Assembly: GCA_040766985.1 (NCBI GenBank)
Contig: JAXGPL010000008.1
Coordinates: 49,978-113,977 of the forward strand
Length of the DNA: 64,000 bases
Direction: 5' to 3'
Source: Bacillota bacterium
Lineage (GTDB): Bacteria > Bacillota > Sulfobacillia > JAUYEG01
Part shown: in pieces, positions 9,228 through 18,296 of the stretch
Numbering within the stretch: position 1 is the stretch's first letter
Layout: each line of letters begins with the position of its first letter
Made by a program: the position numbers and the translations under genes
The notes under the pieces: generated by a model
Told to the model about the DNA's origin: nothing
Seen by the model: only the letters and a program-made list of their open reading frames with translations
The model's database searches: none

Positions 9228-10287
9228 CGTGAACCCCCGCCGTGCTATCCGTCAGGCACTCGGCGAAGTAGCGGTCCAAGAAGCGGTGTTTACGGTCGTC
9301 CTGGCGGTGATGCTTGGTCAGCTTGTGGATGTGACGGCGGTACGACCACCCCGGCCGCTGATTGTAGTACCGCTCCACGTCGCGGTAGAACTTGGTGGGA
9401 AACGCGAGGAACGCCCAGATGACGGGCATCATGGCCGGCTCTACCGGCAGGACGGAGCGGTATGCGGCGAGGATCTGGCGCGCGGCATCAAGCCGCCACT
9501 TGTTGTTCTTGAGGGCGCGCCTGGTCAGCTTGGCGATATCGGCGGCGGGAAGGTCCATGCGGGTGGTTTCCAGGTCGATGATCCGCGTGCGCCCGTATTC
9601 GGTGACCACGAAGTTGCGCCCGGCGGGATCGCCGTGGACCACTTGCCGGAGCCGTTGATACCGCTTGCAGAGCGAGGCGTACTCGGAGCGCGCGAGGACG
9701 TCAAGGGCCCGCTCGGCGTAACCGAGCTGGCGCCGTCCGCGGGCAAGGACCATGTGGTCGAACCCGGTCCCGTTGCCGGTCATCACCCTGCGGCGCGCCT
9801 CCGCGAGGCAGGCCTCGATCTCCGCCTTGCGGTCGGCGAACGTCGCCGGCCAGGTATGCCAGTACTCGCGCGGCCCCTCGCCGGGGCCGAGTTCCTTTCC
9901 CCGGGCCAGGCTATGAAAGCGCGCAAGAGCCCGCGTCGAATGAAGCACATCGCCGAGGTGGTCCCATTCGCAGGTCCGCCCGTTGATCCACTCGCAGAGG
10001 ATCCAATGACGCCTGCTCGTCTCCGAAGCCATCACGTTGCCCGATTTAGTCCGCAAGAGGCGCGGCGTGAGGGGGTCGTCGCCGCGGCCCGCCGAGAGGA
10101 ACTCGGTGAGCGTGCCGATGTAACGGGCCCGGCGGCGGCTCTTGTTGAGCGGCTTGAGGACGTATACCTCATCCGCCGTTTTAACCCGGAATACGTCCTG
10201 GAAGCGCTTGATTTCCGCCGGCTGCACATCCCAGTTGCCGAGCAGTTCGGAAACCTGCAGCACATCCATCGGGCGGGTGTGGACCAA
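9211..10287 (-). CDS. CotS-family bacterial spore kinase-like phosphotransferase (copy 1)
   Basis: VYVLKPL, VVHGDPAGRNFVV (catalytic loop) and RIIDLET. TTG 10287 lies 9 nt after AAGGAG; ATG 10269 is an alternative start. The upstream 90 aa of the ORF track was rejected. Confidence 0.75.
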   Translation of the reverse strand: MVHTRPMDVLQVSELLGNWDVQPAEIKRFQDVFRVKTADEVYVLKPLNKSRRRARYIGTLTEFLSAGRGDDPLTPRLLRTKSGNVMASETSRRHWILCEWINGRTCEWDHLGDVLHSTRALARFHSLARGKELGPGEGPREYWHTWPATFADRKAEIEACLAEARRRVMTGNGTGFDHMVLARGRRQLGYAERALDVLARSEYASLCKRYQRLRQVVHGDPAGRNFVVTEYGRTRIIDLETTRMDLPAADIAKLTRRALKNNKWRLDAARQILAAYRSVLPVEPAMMPVIWAFLAFPTKFYRDVERYYNQRPGWSYRRHIHKLTKHHRQDDRKHRFLDRYFAECLTDSTAGVHDDDIE

Positions 10288-10300
10288 CGTCACCTTCTCC

Positions 10301-11380
10301 TTAAATCCCCAGGTCCGGCGCGAATTTGCGCCGGAATGCCGCCAGGAACTTTTCGCGTTCGCGCCGACCGCCGGTCTTGCGGTCGAGCGATTCGAGGAAC
10401 CGGTCGAGCGGCCAGGGCTGGCGCTCGATGTAGTACTGCAGGCCGACCTGCCAGAAGTCCTGAGGCCAGTGCAGAAGGGCCGCGAGGATTGCCATGTCGT
10501 CCGCACCGACCGGCTCGGGAGCACGTGCGTTGTAGGCGGCGATGACTTCATGCGCCCACCGCACGTCCCAGCCGAAGCGCTTGCAGTGGCGCAGGATCAG
10601 GCTGCCGATGTCGTGCAGCCGCGTGTCCGCGATGCAGTAATCAAGGTCGATCAGATGAAGCTGCCCGCTCTCGCCGAGCAGGATGTTGCGGTGCGTGAGG
10701 TCGTGGTGGCACAGAGAGGCGTTGAGCGCCTCGACTTCCATGACCCGCCGGTACGGCGTGCGGAGCAGCATGGCGATCGCGGTAGCGCCCTGATCCCAGT
10801 AGTACGAGAGCAGGCCGATATACCGGCGGTCAAAGGAGGTCTTGGCGTCCGACTCGTGGGCCAGGCGCTTATACACGGAGAGCTGATCGAGCCGGTTGCG
10901 GAATATCTCCGGCCACTTGCCCCAGACTACCCGCGACGCGGGCTCGGAGGGGGCCGCGAACCCGTGGCTGTAGAGGTGGAGCTCCGCCACCCTCGCCACC
11001 GCGGCGTGCAGTTCACGGCGCCTGCGCAGGCTTACCGGCCGGGCCTCGATCCATGGGCTCAGGACGAAGACTTCCCCAGCGTGCTTGCAGTACGGCAGGC
11101 CGTCGAGGGTGAGGTCGAACCGCGTCGCCCACTTGAACCCCCTTCGCGCCAGGTGCTCCTGCGCGAGGTGCACGAAGCCGATCTCGGTTTCCTTGATTCG
11201 CGACCGCTTGAGGACCTTTGGCCCATCGCTGGTCTCCAGCTTGAGCACTCGTGGACCGGCGCCGGGCAGTTGCTCCTTGGTCTTCAAGACGAGACCATAA
11301 CAAGCCAACACCGCCTCGGGCTGCAATAAGGACCCCTCCCAGCCGGGCAATACGAACCCGGTCCTCAGTAGGTGGTCCAT
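10301..11380 (-). CDS. CotS-family bacterial spore kinase-like phosphotransferase (copy 2)
   Basis: ACYGLVL...KVLKR, LCHHDLTHRNILL and LHLIDLDY. Only the 3' 1080 nt of the 877-aa ORF are credible, because the rest is antisense to the GT4 gene at 11459. Confidence 0.75.
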   Translation of the reverse strand: MDHLLRTGFVLPGWEGSLLQPEAVLACYGLVLKTKEQLPGAGPRVLKLETSDGPKVLKRSRIKETEIGFVHLAQEHLARRGFKWATRFDLTLDGLPYCKHAGEVFVLSPWIEARPVSLRRRRELHAAVARVAELHLYSHGFAAPSEPASRVVWGKWPEIFRNRLDQLSVYKRLAHESDAKTSFDRRYIGLLSYYWDQGATAIAMLLRTPYRRVMEVEALNASLCHHDLTHRNILLGESGQLHLIDLDYCIADTRLHDIGSLILRHCKRFGWDVRWAHEVIAAYNARAPEPVGADDMAILAALLHWPQDFWQVGLQYYIERQPWPLDRFLESLDRKTGGRREREKFLAAFRRKFAPDLGI

Positions 11381-11458
11381 TATAGTGCTGCTCACGGGCC
11401 AGTGGTGCCCGGCCCCCCCGGGCTTCATAGTATGTAGCAATACTGAGGGGGCTCGTCC
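11381..11458. promoter_or_regulatory. Divergent promoter region between the two glycan/CotS operons
   Basis: 78-bp gap with the only AT-rich patch in the area. It contains TAGTAT (11428-11433, -10-like) and the inverted repeat AGTAT-N6-ATACT (11429-11444), followed by RBS GAGGGGG and ATG 11459. Confidence 0.45.
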
Positions 11459-12595
11459 ATGCAGCAAGGCCACGGCGGCGCGGCCCGCATCGGCCTCGAC
11501 ATCCGCTCGGCGCATTGGTATCCGGGGCACGGCATCGGGACTTACACATCCGAGCTGTTCCGGGCGCTCCCGGCGTCCGCCGGCGGCCGGGACGTCGTCG
11601 GCCGGGCCCGGGGCGTGGAGATACCCGCCGGAAACCTTCCCTCTGCGATCCCCAACCCTGTGCCCGGCGAGTTGTTCTGGCGGATGGCGGCGGACCCTGC
11701 CCAAATCACGGGGGACGTCGCGCTCTGGCACAACCCCCACAACGGCCTCGGCGCTCCGGAGCACGCCGAGGTACCGCTGATCCTCACGGTGCACGACCTG
11801 ATCCCATTGGTCTACCCCGATGCCGCGCGGGAGGACTACGTCCGCGAGTTCGAGGCGCAGGTCCCGAAGGCGGTCGAGGCGGCGTCGGCGATCATCACCG
11901 TCAGCGAACACTCCAAACGGGATCTCATCGGGCTGCTCGGCACGGATCCCGCGCGGGTCCGGGTCATCCCGGAGGCCGCGCGCTCCTTCCTGCGCCCCGT
12001 GCCGAAACACGTTGCGCGGCGCTGGGTGGCCGGCCGGTACGGGATCACGGGACCGTTCGCGCTGTACCTGGGAGGATTTTCCGAACGCAAGAACGTGCTC
12101 ACCCTTATCAGAGCTTTTGCCCAGGCTAAGCCCCGTTTGCCGCGTGGATGCGCGCTCGCGGTGGCCGGCGCGCAGGACCGGACCTACGGTCAGGTCGCCG
12201 AGGAGGCGCATAGGTTGGGTTGCGCGCATGACATCGTCTTTCTGGGCCACGTCCCGGATGAGGTCCTCACCCTGCTGTACAGTGCGGCAGACGTATTCGT
12301 CTATCCGTCGCTTTACGAGGGGTTTGGACTTCCGCCGCTGGAGGCGATGGCGTGCGGCTGTCCGGTGGTGTGTTCGGACGCGACTTCGCTGCCCGAAGCC
12401 TGCGGGCCCGCCGCGTTGCTCGTCGACGCCGGGCGGCCTGAGGCCATCGCCGCAGCCATTGAACGCGTCTTGACCGACGAGAAGCTCGCCGCAGAGTTGG
12501 CCGCCCGAGGGCCACGATGGGCGGCGCGGCTGGGATGGAACGATGTCGCGCGGATGACGCTGGCCGTGTACGCCGGGGCGCTGGAGACCGGATGA
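11459..12595 (+). CDS. GT4 family glycosyltransferase
   Basis: ARIGLDIRSAHWYPGHGIGTYT N-terminus; YEGFGLPPLEAMACGCPVVCSDATSLPEACG. Confidence 0.85.
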   Translation: MQQGHGGAARIGLDIRSAHWYPGHGIGTYTSELFRALPASAGGRDVVGRARGVEIPAGNLPSAIPNPVPGELFWRMAADPAQITGDVALWHNPHNGLGAPEHAEVPLILTVHDLIPLVYPDAAREDYVREFEAQVPKAVEAASAIITVSEHSKRDLIGLLGTDPARVRVIPEAARSFLRPVPKHVARRWVAGRYGITGPFALYLGGFSERKNVLTLIRAFAQAKPRLPRGCALAVAGAQDRTYGQVAEEAHRLGCAHDIVFLGHVPDEVLTLLYSAADVFVYPSLYEGFGLPPLEAMACGCPVVCSDATSLPEACGPAALLVDAGRPEAIAAAIERVLTDEKLAAELAARGPRWAARLGWNDVARMTLAVYAGALETG

Positions 12596-12613
12596 CCGTG
12601 CGGGGGGATCAAT

Positions 12614-14305
12614 GTGACCTTCATTAAGTCGACTGGAAATGAGTTTGCCGCGCGCCGGCAGCACTACGAATTGCTCCGCCAGGCGGTCCGGGCATACGGC
12701 TTCGCTCCCGGCGCCATGGTCCGCATCGGCTCGGGATACCGGGTCGAGGGGCCTGCGGGGCCGCGTTTCCTTAAACGGCTCAACTACGGCCCGCCCGAGG
12801 CCTCGTTTATCTACCACGCCCTGGAGCATCTGCGGCGCACCGGCTTCGCGGAGGCGCCGCGGATGCACCTCACAACCGACGGCCTGCCGTTCATCGTCCC
12901 CGACGGCGAGATCTATTACCTCCAGGACTGGCACGACCTCAGCGATCCGGACCTTGGCGATCCGTCGGTTCTCGGCGGCTGCGTCGATCTGATGGCGCGG
13001 TTACACAGGGCGGGCGAGGGATTTGAGCCCCCGGGGGACATCGCCGACGTCCGCAACGACTACGGCTCGTGGCTGGACAAGTGCGTCGGGCGCCTGCGGG
13101 AGATGTATAGCTTCGCCGAACTTGCGGAGGAAAGGAAGCGCATCAACGCTTTCGACGGACGGTACGCGCGCGCAAGCCTGTACTTCGCGCGCCAGGCAGA
13201 GGAGGCGGTGCGCAGGCTGGCCGAACTCCCGCTCGCCGAGGTCGCGCAGCGTGAACGGCAGGCCAAGGCCCTCTGCCACAGGGACTTCACTCCGCGCAAC
13301 CTAGGTCTTGACGCCAGATCCAAGCTCCGCGTGTTCGATTTTGACAACGTGGCGCGCGAAGTGCGCCTGGATGACCTGGCCAAGTTTATCCGCCGGGCGG
13401 CCTACCTTGACGTTGACCGCGCGGCGTTCATCGTCGAGCGGTACGGCCGCGAGACGGGCAGGGCTCTGAGTTCCGAGGAAATCGCCCTGCTTTCTGCCTA
13501 CCTGCTATTTCCCACAGAGTTCTGGTCCGTGGGCAATTCGCGGTTCCGCAAGGACCGGCCGCGCGAACACAGACTCCGCCGCCTGATCCGGGACAGCGAG
13601 GCCTGGGCCTCCTTTGCCGAGGCCTTGGCCGACCTGAACGTGCCGAGGAGCGAGCTATCGGCCGCGAGCAGGGGCGGCTGGCTCAGCGACGCGCCAGGCG
13701 GCGCACCAGGCAGCATGCTGGACCCTGCCGGCGAGGGCCCCGAGGGCATCGCCCTGCCGGAGGGGCCGTATCTACCGTCCGTGCCGTTTGCGGAGGGGCA
13801 TACCGCGCCGGCCGCTGTTGCAGACACCGGGTTGGTCCGCTTCGACCGGCCCGCCGCCCCATCCAGTCCAGACCAAGAGGAGGTCGTATCGACCGTGCCA
13901 TCGACCGACAGCTGGAATTGTGACCGCCCGCAGGAAGAGAACACCGGGATACCGGTTGTCGCACATCAGGACCCGGCTGACGCACATCAGGACCAGGGTG
14001 ACGAAGCGCCGGAGGAGCAGATCTGGGTCGGCGCCGAGCTTCCCGAGGGGGCCGAACCCTGGGTTGATCCCATCGCCTCCGGCGGGGATGCCGCCTCGGA
14101 CGCGCCCGGGCAGTCACCGCCGGTTTCCATTGACGCGGGAGTTGAGGAAGCCATAGTCGAGGCGGATGCGGAGCCGCAGGGGCCCGAGGCCGCGGATGAC
14201 TACGTGGAAGCGCGCCGCGGGCTGATTACCAGTGCGACGACCATTGTCTGGGGGAAGTGGCCGAAGCCGATGGAGAAGGCGTCTTCCGGGGGACAGCAAG
14301 GATGA
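12614..14305 (+). CDS. CotS-family kinase-like protein (copy 3) with a roughly 230-aa acidic/Pro-rich C-terminal tail
   Basis: GTG after GGGGGGA. Kinase motifs FLKRL, LCHRDFTPRNLGL, VFDFDN. From about residue 330 the sequence is low-complexity D/E/P/A-rich. Confidence 0.75.
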   Translation: MTFIKSTGNEFAARRQHYELLRQAVRAYGFAPGAMVRIGSGYRVEGPAGPRFLKRLNYGPPEASFIYHALEHLRRTGFAEAPRMHLTTDGLPFIVPDGEIYYLQDWHDLSDPDLGDPSVLGGCVDLMARLHRAGEGFEPPGDIADVRNDYGSWLDKCVGRLREMYSFAELAEERKRINAFDGRYARASLYFARQAEEAVRRLAELPLAEVAQRERQAKALCHRDFTPRNLGLDARSKLRVFDFDNVAREVRLDDLAKFIRRAAYLDVDRAAFIVERYGRETGRALSSEEIALLSAYLLFPTEFWSVGNSRFRKDRPREHRLRRLIRDSEAWASFAEALADLNVPRSELSAASRGGWLSDAPGGAPGSMLDPAGEGPEGIALPEGPYLPSVPFAEGHTAPAAVADTGLVRFDRPAAPSSPDQEEVVSTVPSTDSWNCDRPQEENTGIPVVAHQDPADAHQDQGDEAPEEQIWVGAELPEGAEPWVDPIASGGDAASDAPGQSPPVSIDAGVEEAIVEADAEPQGPEAADDYVEARRGLITSATTIVWGKWPKPMEKASSGGQQG

Positions 14306-15306
14306 GTTTGGAGCTGCCCGGAGTGTTTGCGGCCTACGGGCTGGAGGTTTCGCACTTCGACCAGGTCGGAGAACACCTTTGGCATCTCGCCGTGCCGGGC
14401 GGCGAATTGGCCCTGCGCGCCATCCCGCGCAGCGGCTCGAAGGCGGAGCTATCGCTGCTGGCGTTGGATCGCTTGATTGCCGGCGGCTTCGCCAACCTCC
14501 CCAGATTCCACGAGACCAAGGAAGGCTCCATCGGCCACCGGTCGGAGCATGTCACCTGGCTGGTGTCCGACTGGGTCACCGGGCATGGAGCGACGCTGGG
14601 ACTGACCAGCGACGCCGTCGTGGCCGGGCGTGACCTCGCTCGATTGCACACCCTGGCCGATAGTCTTCGGGCTCCCGAGGACCTGGCCGCGCACTTCGGG
14701 CGGCACCTCAGCCGCTGCCGGAGCAGGCTCAAAGCTCTGCGGACATACGTCTTGGTGGCCGAAAACCGGATCTACCAAACTGCGACCGACCGGGTGTTCC
14801 TCGGGCTGATGGAGGGGATCCTGCCGCTCGCGGAACGGGTCATCCGCGACCTCGAAGCGTCGCCATACCGCGAACTGGCCGAATCCGACCGCGCCCGGGG
14901 GGCTTTCATCTACCACAACATGGGCGAGGGCGGCGTCGTCATCACCCACGAACCCCAGCCGCGGGCCATGTTCGTCGACTGGAGCGGCTGTCGCCTGGAC
15001 AGCCCGGTGTTCGACCTCTGCAAACTCATCGGCCGGGTCGCCAAAGGGTCCGGGGGCGACCCGGAGGTCTGCCGCCGCACCCTTTGCGCATACCAATCTG
15101 TACGCCCGCTAAGCCAGGCCGAGGCCGCTGTGCTGCCCCTGCTGCTGCAGTTCCCGCAGGAGTTCTACGCGGTCGCCAAACGCTATTACGAGAACAAGCG
15201 GGACTGGACGGAGCGTTCGTTCACCAGGCGGCTCCGGCGCGCCGTCGACCGCGGCGCCGCGCTCGCAGCGTGCCTGACCCCGCCGCCTCCGGCCGACGGA
15301 AATTGA
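14302..15306 (+). CDS. CotS-family kinase-like protein (copy 4), catalytic loop degenerate (probable pseudokinase)
   Basis: ATGA overlap with the previous gene. CotS-like N-terminus (FAAYGLEV...). Where the paralogs have H-x-D-x4-N, this copy has FIYHNMGEGGVVI, followed by VDWSGCRLD. Confidence 0.65.
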   Translation: MSLELPGVFAAYGLEVSHFDQVGEHLWHLAVPGGELALRAIPRSGSKAELSLLALDRLIAGGFANLPRFHETKEGSIGHRSEHVTWLVSDWVTGHGATLGLTSDAVVAGRDLARLHTLADSLRAPEDLAAHFGRHLSRCRSRLKALRTYVLVAENRIYQTATDRVFLGLMEGILPLAERVIRDLEASPYRELAESDRARGAFIYHNMGEGGVVITHEPQPRAMFVDWSGCRLDSPVFDLCKLIGRVAKGSGGDPEVCRRTLCAYQSVRPLSQAEAAVLPLLLQFPQEFYAVAKRYYENKRDWTERSFTRRLRRAVDRGAALAACLTPPPPADGN

Positions 15307-15325
15307 CATGAGGTGAGCCTAGACC

Positions 15326-16540
15326 TTGATTGTGGTTTTCGACGGCCGCGGTGCTACCCGCTACCGCGGCACCGGGATCGGCACGTATACACATTGCCTT
15401 GCGGAGGCGCTCGAGGCGACCCGCCTGCCGACCGACGTCCTCCTCGTCTGCCTGGCCCGGGAGGGTGGCCCGGTGCCCCTCGAGGCGGCCGCCGTCCGGC
15501 AGGCCCCGGTTCCTGGCGGCGGGCTGGTGACATGGCGGTTGTCCTCCGCCAGGCGGGACGACGAGGCCTCGGAAATCGCCGCCATCTGCCGCCGCGTGAA
15601 CGCGGACGTCCTGCACATGCCCCAGAACGGACGGGGAATGCCGGATGTCGGCTGCGCGGTCGTGACGACCGTCCACGACCTGATCCCGTACGCCCTCCCC
15701 CAGACGTGCAGTGCATCCTACCTCCATGACTGCTTGGCCCAGATGCCCGCGATCGTCAGGCGGTCCGACCGCCTGATCGCCGTGTCCCGGCACACGGCCA
15801 CCGGCCTCGTGGAAACTCTCGGCGTCCCCCCCGACAAGATCGCCGTCATCCACGAAGCGGCTGAGCCGATCTACACCGCGCGAAGAGGCGACGGCGGCGG
15901 GAACCGTGGGGACCGCGCGGCGGCCCCGGCGCCGGGTGGCGCAATGCCGGCGTCCCAGGGCCTTCCCCCGCAGTACATCCTGCACACGGGCGGGTTCAGC
16001 CCCCGCAAAAACCTCACCGCGCTGGTGACGGCGATCTACGCCCTGGTCAAGTCGGGGCGGGCGCAGGGGAAATTACCGGCGGTCGTACTCACAGGGCGCG
16101 CGGGGCGGGACAACGAGGCGATTTCAGCTCTGGCGAGGCGGCTTGGTGTAGCCGATCGGGTCTTCATGCCGGGCATGCTGCCGGTTGAGGCCATGCCGGC
16201 GCTGTACGGCAACGCCGTCGCGGTGTGCCTGCCTTCGCTGCACGAGGGCTTCAGCCTGCCCATCGTCGAGGCGATGGCCTGCGGCGCCCCGCTATTGCTG
16301 TCGGACATCCCGGTACACCGGGAGATCGCGGGCCCCGCCGCGGCGTTCTTCGATCCTTACGATCCGGAGGATCTGGCAAAGCAGCTGGACTGGCTGGTCA
16401 GCCGGCCGGACCAGCGTTCGGTGATCTCGTCCCTGGGCAGAGCACGTGCCCAACGGTATAGCTGGCGAAGGGCCGGCCGCGAAACTTGGCTCGCCTACCG
16501 CTGGGCGGTGATGGAGCGTGAGCCAGACGCAAGCGCCTGA
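15326..16540 (+). CDS. GT4 family glycosyltransferase
   Basis: TTG start 9 nt after GAGGTGA. MIVVFDGRGATRYRGTGIGTYT N-terminus; HEGFSLPIVEAMACGAPLLLSDIPVHREIAG. Confidence 0.85.
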   Translation: MIVVFDGRGATRYRGTGIGTYTHCLAEALEATRLPTDVLLVCLAREGGPVPLEAAAVRQAPVPGGGLVTWRLSSARRDDEASEIAAICRRVNADVLHMPQNGRGMPDVGCAVVTTVHDLIPYALPQTCSASYLHDCLAQMPAIVRRSDRLIAVSRHTATGLVETLGVPPDKIAVIHEAAEPIYTARRGDGGGNRGDRAAAPAPGGAMPASQGLPPQYILHTGGFSPRKNLTALVTAIYALVKSGRAQGKLPAVVLTGRAGRDNEAISALARRLGVADRVFMPGMLPVEAMPALYGNAVAVCLPSLHEGFSLPIVEAMACGAPLLLSDIPVHREIAGPAAAFFDPYDPEDLAKQLDWLVSRPDQRSVISSLGRARAQRYSWRRAGRETWLAYRWAVMEREPDASA

Positions 16541-18296
16541 CGCGGTCGAACGGCGGCTCCGCTGTCACTCGCTGCGGCCGCGTTCCGCTGCCCTGGGCAC
16601 GCCGGGGCCGGTCGACGCCGAGCTAGGACCGGGCGATATGCTGGCGGTCATCGGCCCGCCGGGGGCCGGTAAGAGCTCCCTGCTGCGGGCCATCGCCGGC
16701 CTGGAGGACCCGCTCTCCGGCGGAGCTTTGGTACACGGTTCGCCGGCCTGGTCGCTCGCGTCCGCCGGTCCCCGGCCGGGGCTGGTTTCGGCGGCCAGCC
16801 GGCTCCATGACGGGTGGACCGCCGAGAAGTCCGCACGCGCCGGATTCGAGGCGGCGGGGTGGCCCGGCGAGCACCTGGCCGGGGCGGTCTCCTCTGTGTT
16901 CGAGCAGCTCTCCCTGGCCCCGCTCGCAACGAGGACGCCGTCCGAGCTGACCACGGCCGAACGCCACCAGGTGTTGATTGCCCGTGAGCTTGTTTCGTTT
17001 CCATCCATGCTGTTATTGGACGATCCTTACTCAGGCGAGGGTGCCGCCACACGGCGGGAGGTCGCAGGAACCATCCGGGTCGCCCGGGAGAAGCTCGGGA
17101 CCACAGTCGTATACGCCTCGGAGTCGCCGGACGAAATCACCGCGACTGCAACGCAGACCACAGTGCTCACCGTCCCGCTCGACATCACCCCCTTGGCCGA
17201 CTTGCTCAAAAAGCGCGGATCCGCCAAGAACGGCGGCGGAAGCGGCGCAGGCGAGCCGCCAGAGGCCACTTCGGCCGGAGGCGAACCCGCCGGGACAGCC
17301 GCCGGGACAGCCGCCGGGGCAGCCGGCGGCGCCGCCGCCGACGCCGTTGCGGCCGATTCAACTGCCGCACCGGGATTGCCCGCAGCACCCATCCCGAAGG
17401 GAGCTTCCGGGCCACTCGGACACGGGGGAGGCGGCGTGGCCGGGGAACCGCGGTGGGTCGCCGCGGCCGTCTTCGGGTATACGGCGCCCGGCGACGCACA
17501 TGCCCTGCACCTTGCCGGTCCCGGAGGCCCGGCGCGCGAAGCGCTGCTGGTCCTCGACCTCACCCGTCTGCCCGGAATGCAGTGGATTTCCAGCGACGGG
17601 GCCCTCGATACCGGTCCGGGACAACCTCCGAGGGGCGTCGCCTGGGTGGCGACCGGAAGCGTAAGAGCAGACACCGGGTTCAGGAGGCCATTCGGCGGCC
17701 CGGTGACTGTGGAGATCACCCCTGGCGACGGCTCGGTCCAGCGCACCCGGGCGATTCTCGTCGACCTGGCCGAGAGCACGCCGGCGCTGCGACTGGAGCT
17801 TCTGTCCGACGGCTCGGGGCACCGGGGCCCGCGGCTCGTCCTCGGCATCTGGCGGCGACGGACGGATGCCCCGGTCCTTCGCAGACTGGCGCGCGAAGCC
17901 GGGCGGGAGCGGGCGTGCCTGCCCGTTGTCGTCGCCGGGTCGCACGTGGCGGCTGCAGAGCAGTTTCCATACTGCTACCTCCGGACTACGCCCTTGCACC
18001 CGTCGCCGTGGCGTTCGCTCATCCGGGGGAGGATCGTCGCGGCCCTGCCCGGGGGGCCGCAGCCGGCATACGGCCCGGCAATGGGCAACGCCCCCGACCT
18101 GCTCGGGCGTCCCGACCTCGTCCTGAGCGTAGAACACTTCCAACGCCGGGCGATGGTGGCGCTGCAGCAGGCTCCGCGCGGGACGGGCGGGGCGGACGGC
18201 GATCCCATCCTCGCCGCAGCCCTGTGGGCGCTGACCACCGGCAGCCCCGGCCTGGCGATGAGCCTGCTGCGGGCCGGCGGCCGCGACAGTGGCTAG
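16518..18296 (+). CDS. Degenerate ABC-ATPase domain fused to an Ala/Gly/Pro linker and an unknown roughly 330-aa C-terminal domain
   Basis: Walker A GPPGAGKSS. Signature-like LTTAERHQV. Walker B reads MLLLDDP (Asp replaces the catalytic Glu). The H-loop position reads YASES. No transmembrane segments, and the C-terminal domain is unrecognised. Confidence 0.6.
   Translation: MSQTQAPDAVERRLRCHSLRPRSAALGTPGPVDAELGPGDMLAVIGPPGAGKSSLLRAIAGLEDPLSGGALVHGSPAWSLASAGPRPGLVSAASRLHDGWTAEKSARAGFEAAGWPGEHLAGAVSSVFEQLSLAPLATRTPSELTTAERHQVLIARELVSFPSMLLLDDPYSGEGAATRREVAGTIRVAREKLGTTVVYASESPDEITATATQTTVLTVPLDITPLADLLKKRGSAKNGGGSGAGEPPEATSAGGEPAGTAAGTAAGAAGGAAADAVAADSTAAPGLPAAPIPKGASGPLGHGGGGVAGEPRWVAAAVFGYTAPGDAHALHLAGPGGPAREALLVLDLTRLPGMQWISSDGALDTGPGQPPRGVAWVATGSVRADTGFRRPFGGPVTVEITPGDGSVQRTRAILVDLAESTPALRLELLSDGSGHRGPRLVLGIWRRRTDAPVLRRLAREAGRERACLPVVVAGSHVAAAEQFPYCYLRTTPLHPSPWRSLIRGRIVAALPGGPQPAYGPAMGNAPDLLGRPDLVLSVEHFQRRAMVALQQAPRGTGGADGDPILAAALWALTTGSPGLAMSLLRAGGRDSG
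17289..17324 (+). repeat. Three tandem 12-nt units (GCCGGGACAGCC x2, GCCGGGGCAGCC) encoding AGTA repeats in the linker
   Basis: Read directly from the sequence at 17289-17300, 17301-17312 and 17313-17324. Confidence 0.9.

Noticed and set aside
11381-12934. Upstream 518 codons of the 877-aa minus-strand ORF (10301-12934)
   Set aside because: This part is antisense to a well-supported GT4 glycosyltransferase gene (11459-12595). It is Arg/Pro/Gly-rich shadow sequence typical of high-GC DNA. CotS homology begins only at ATG 11380.
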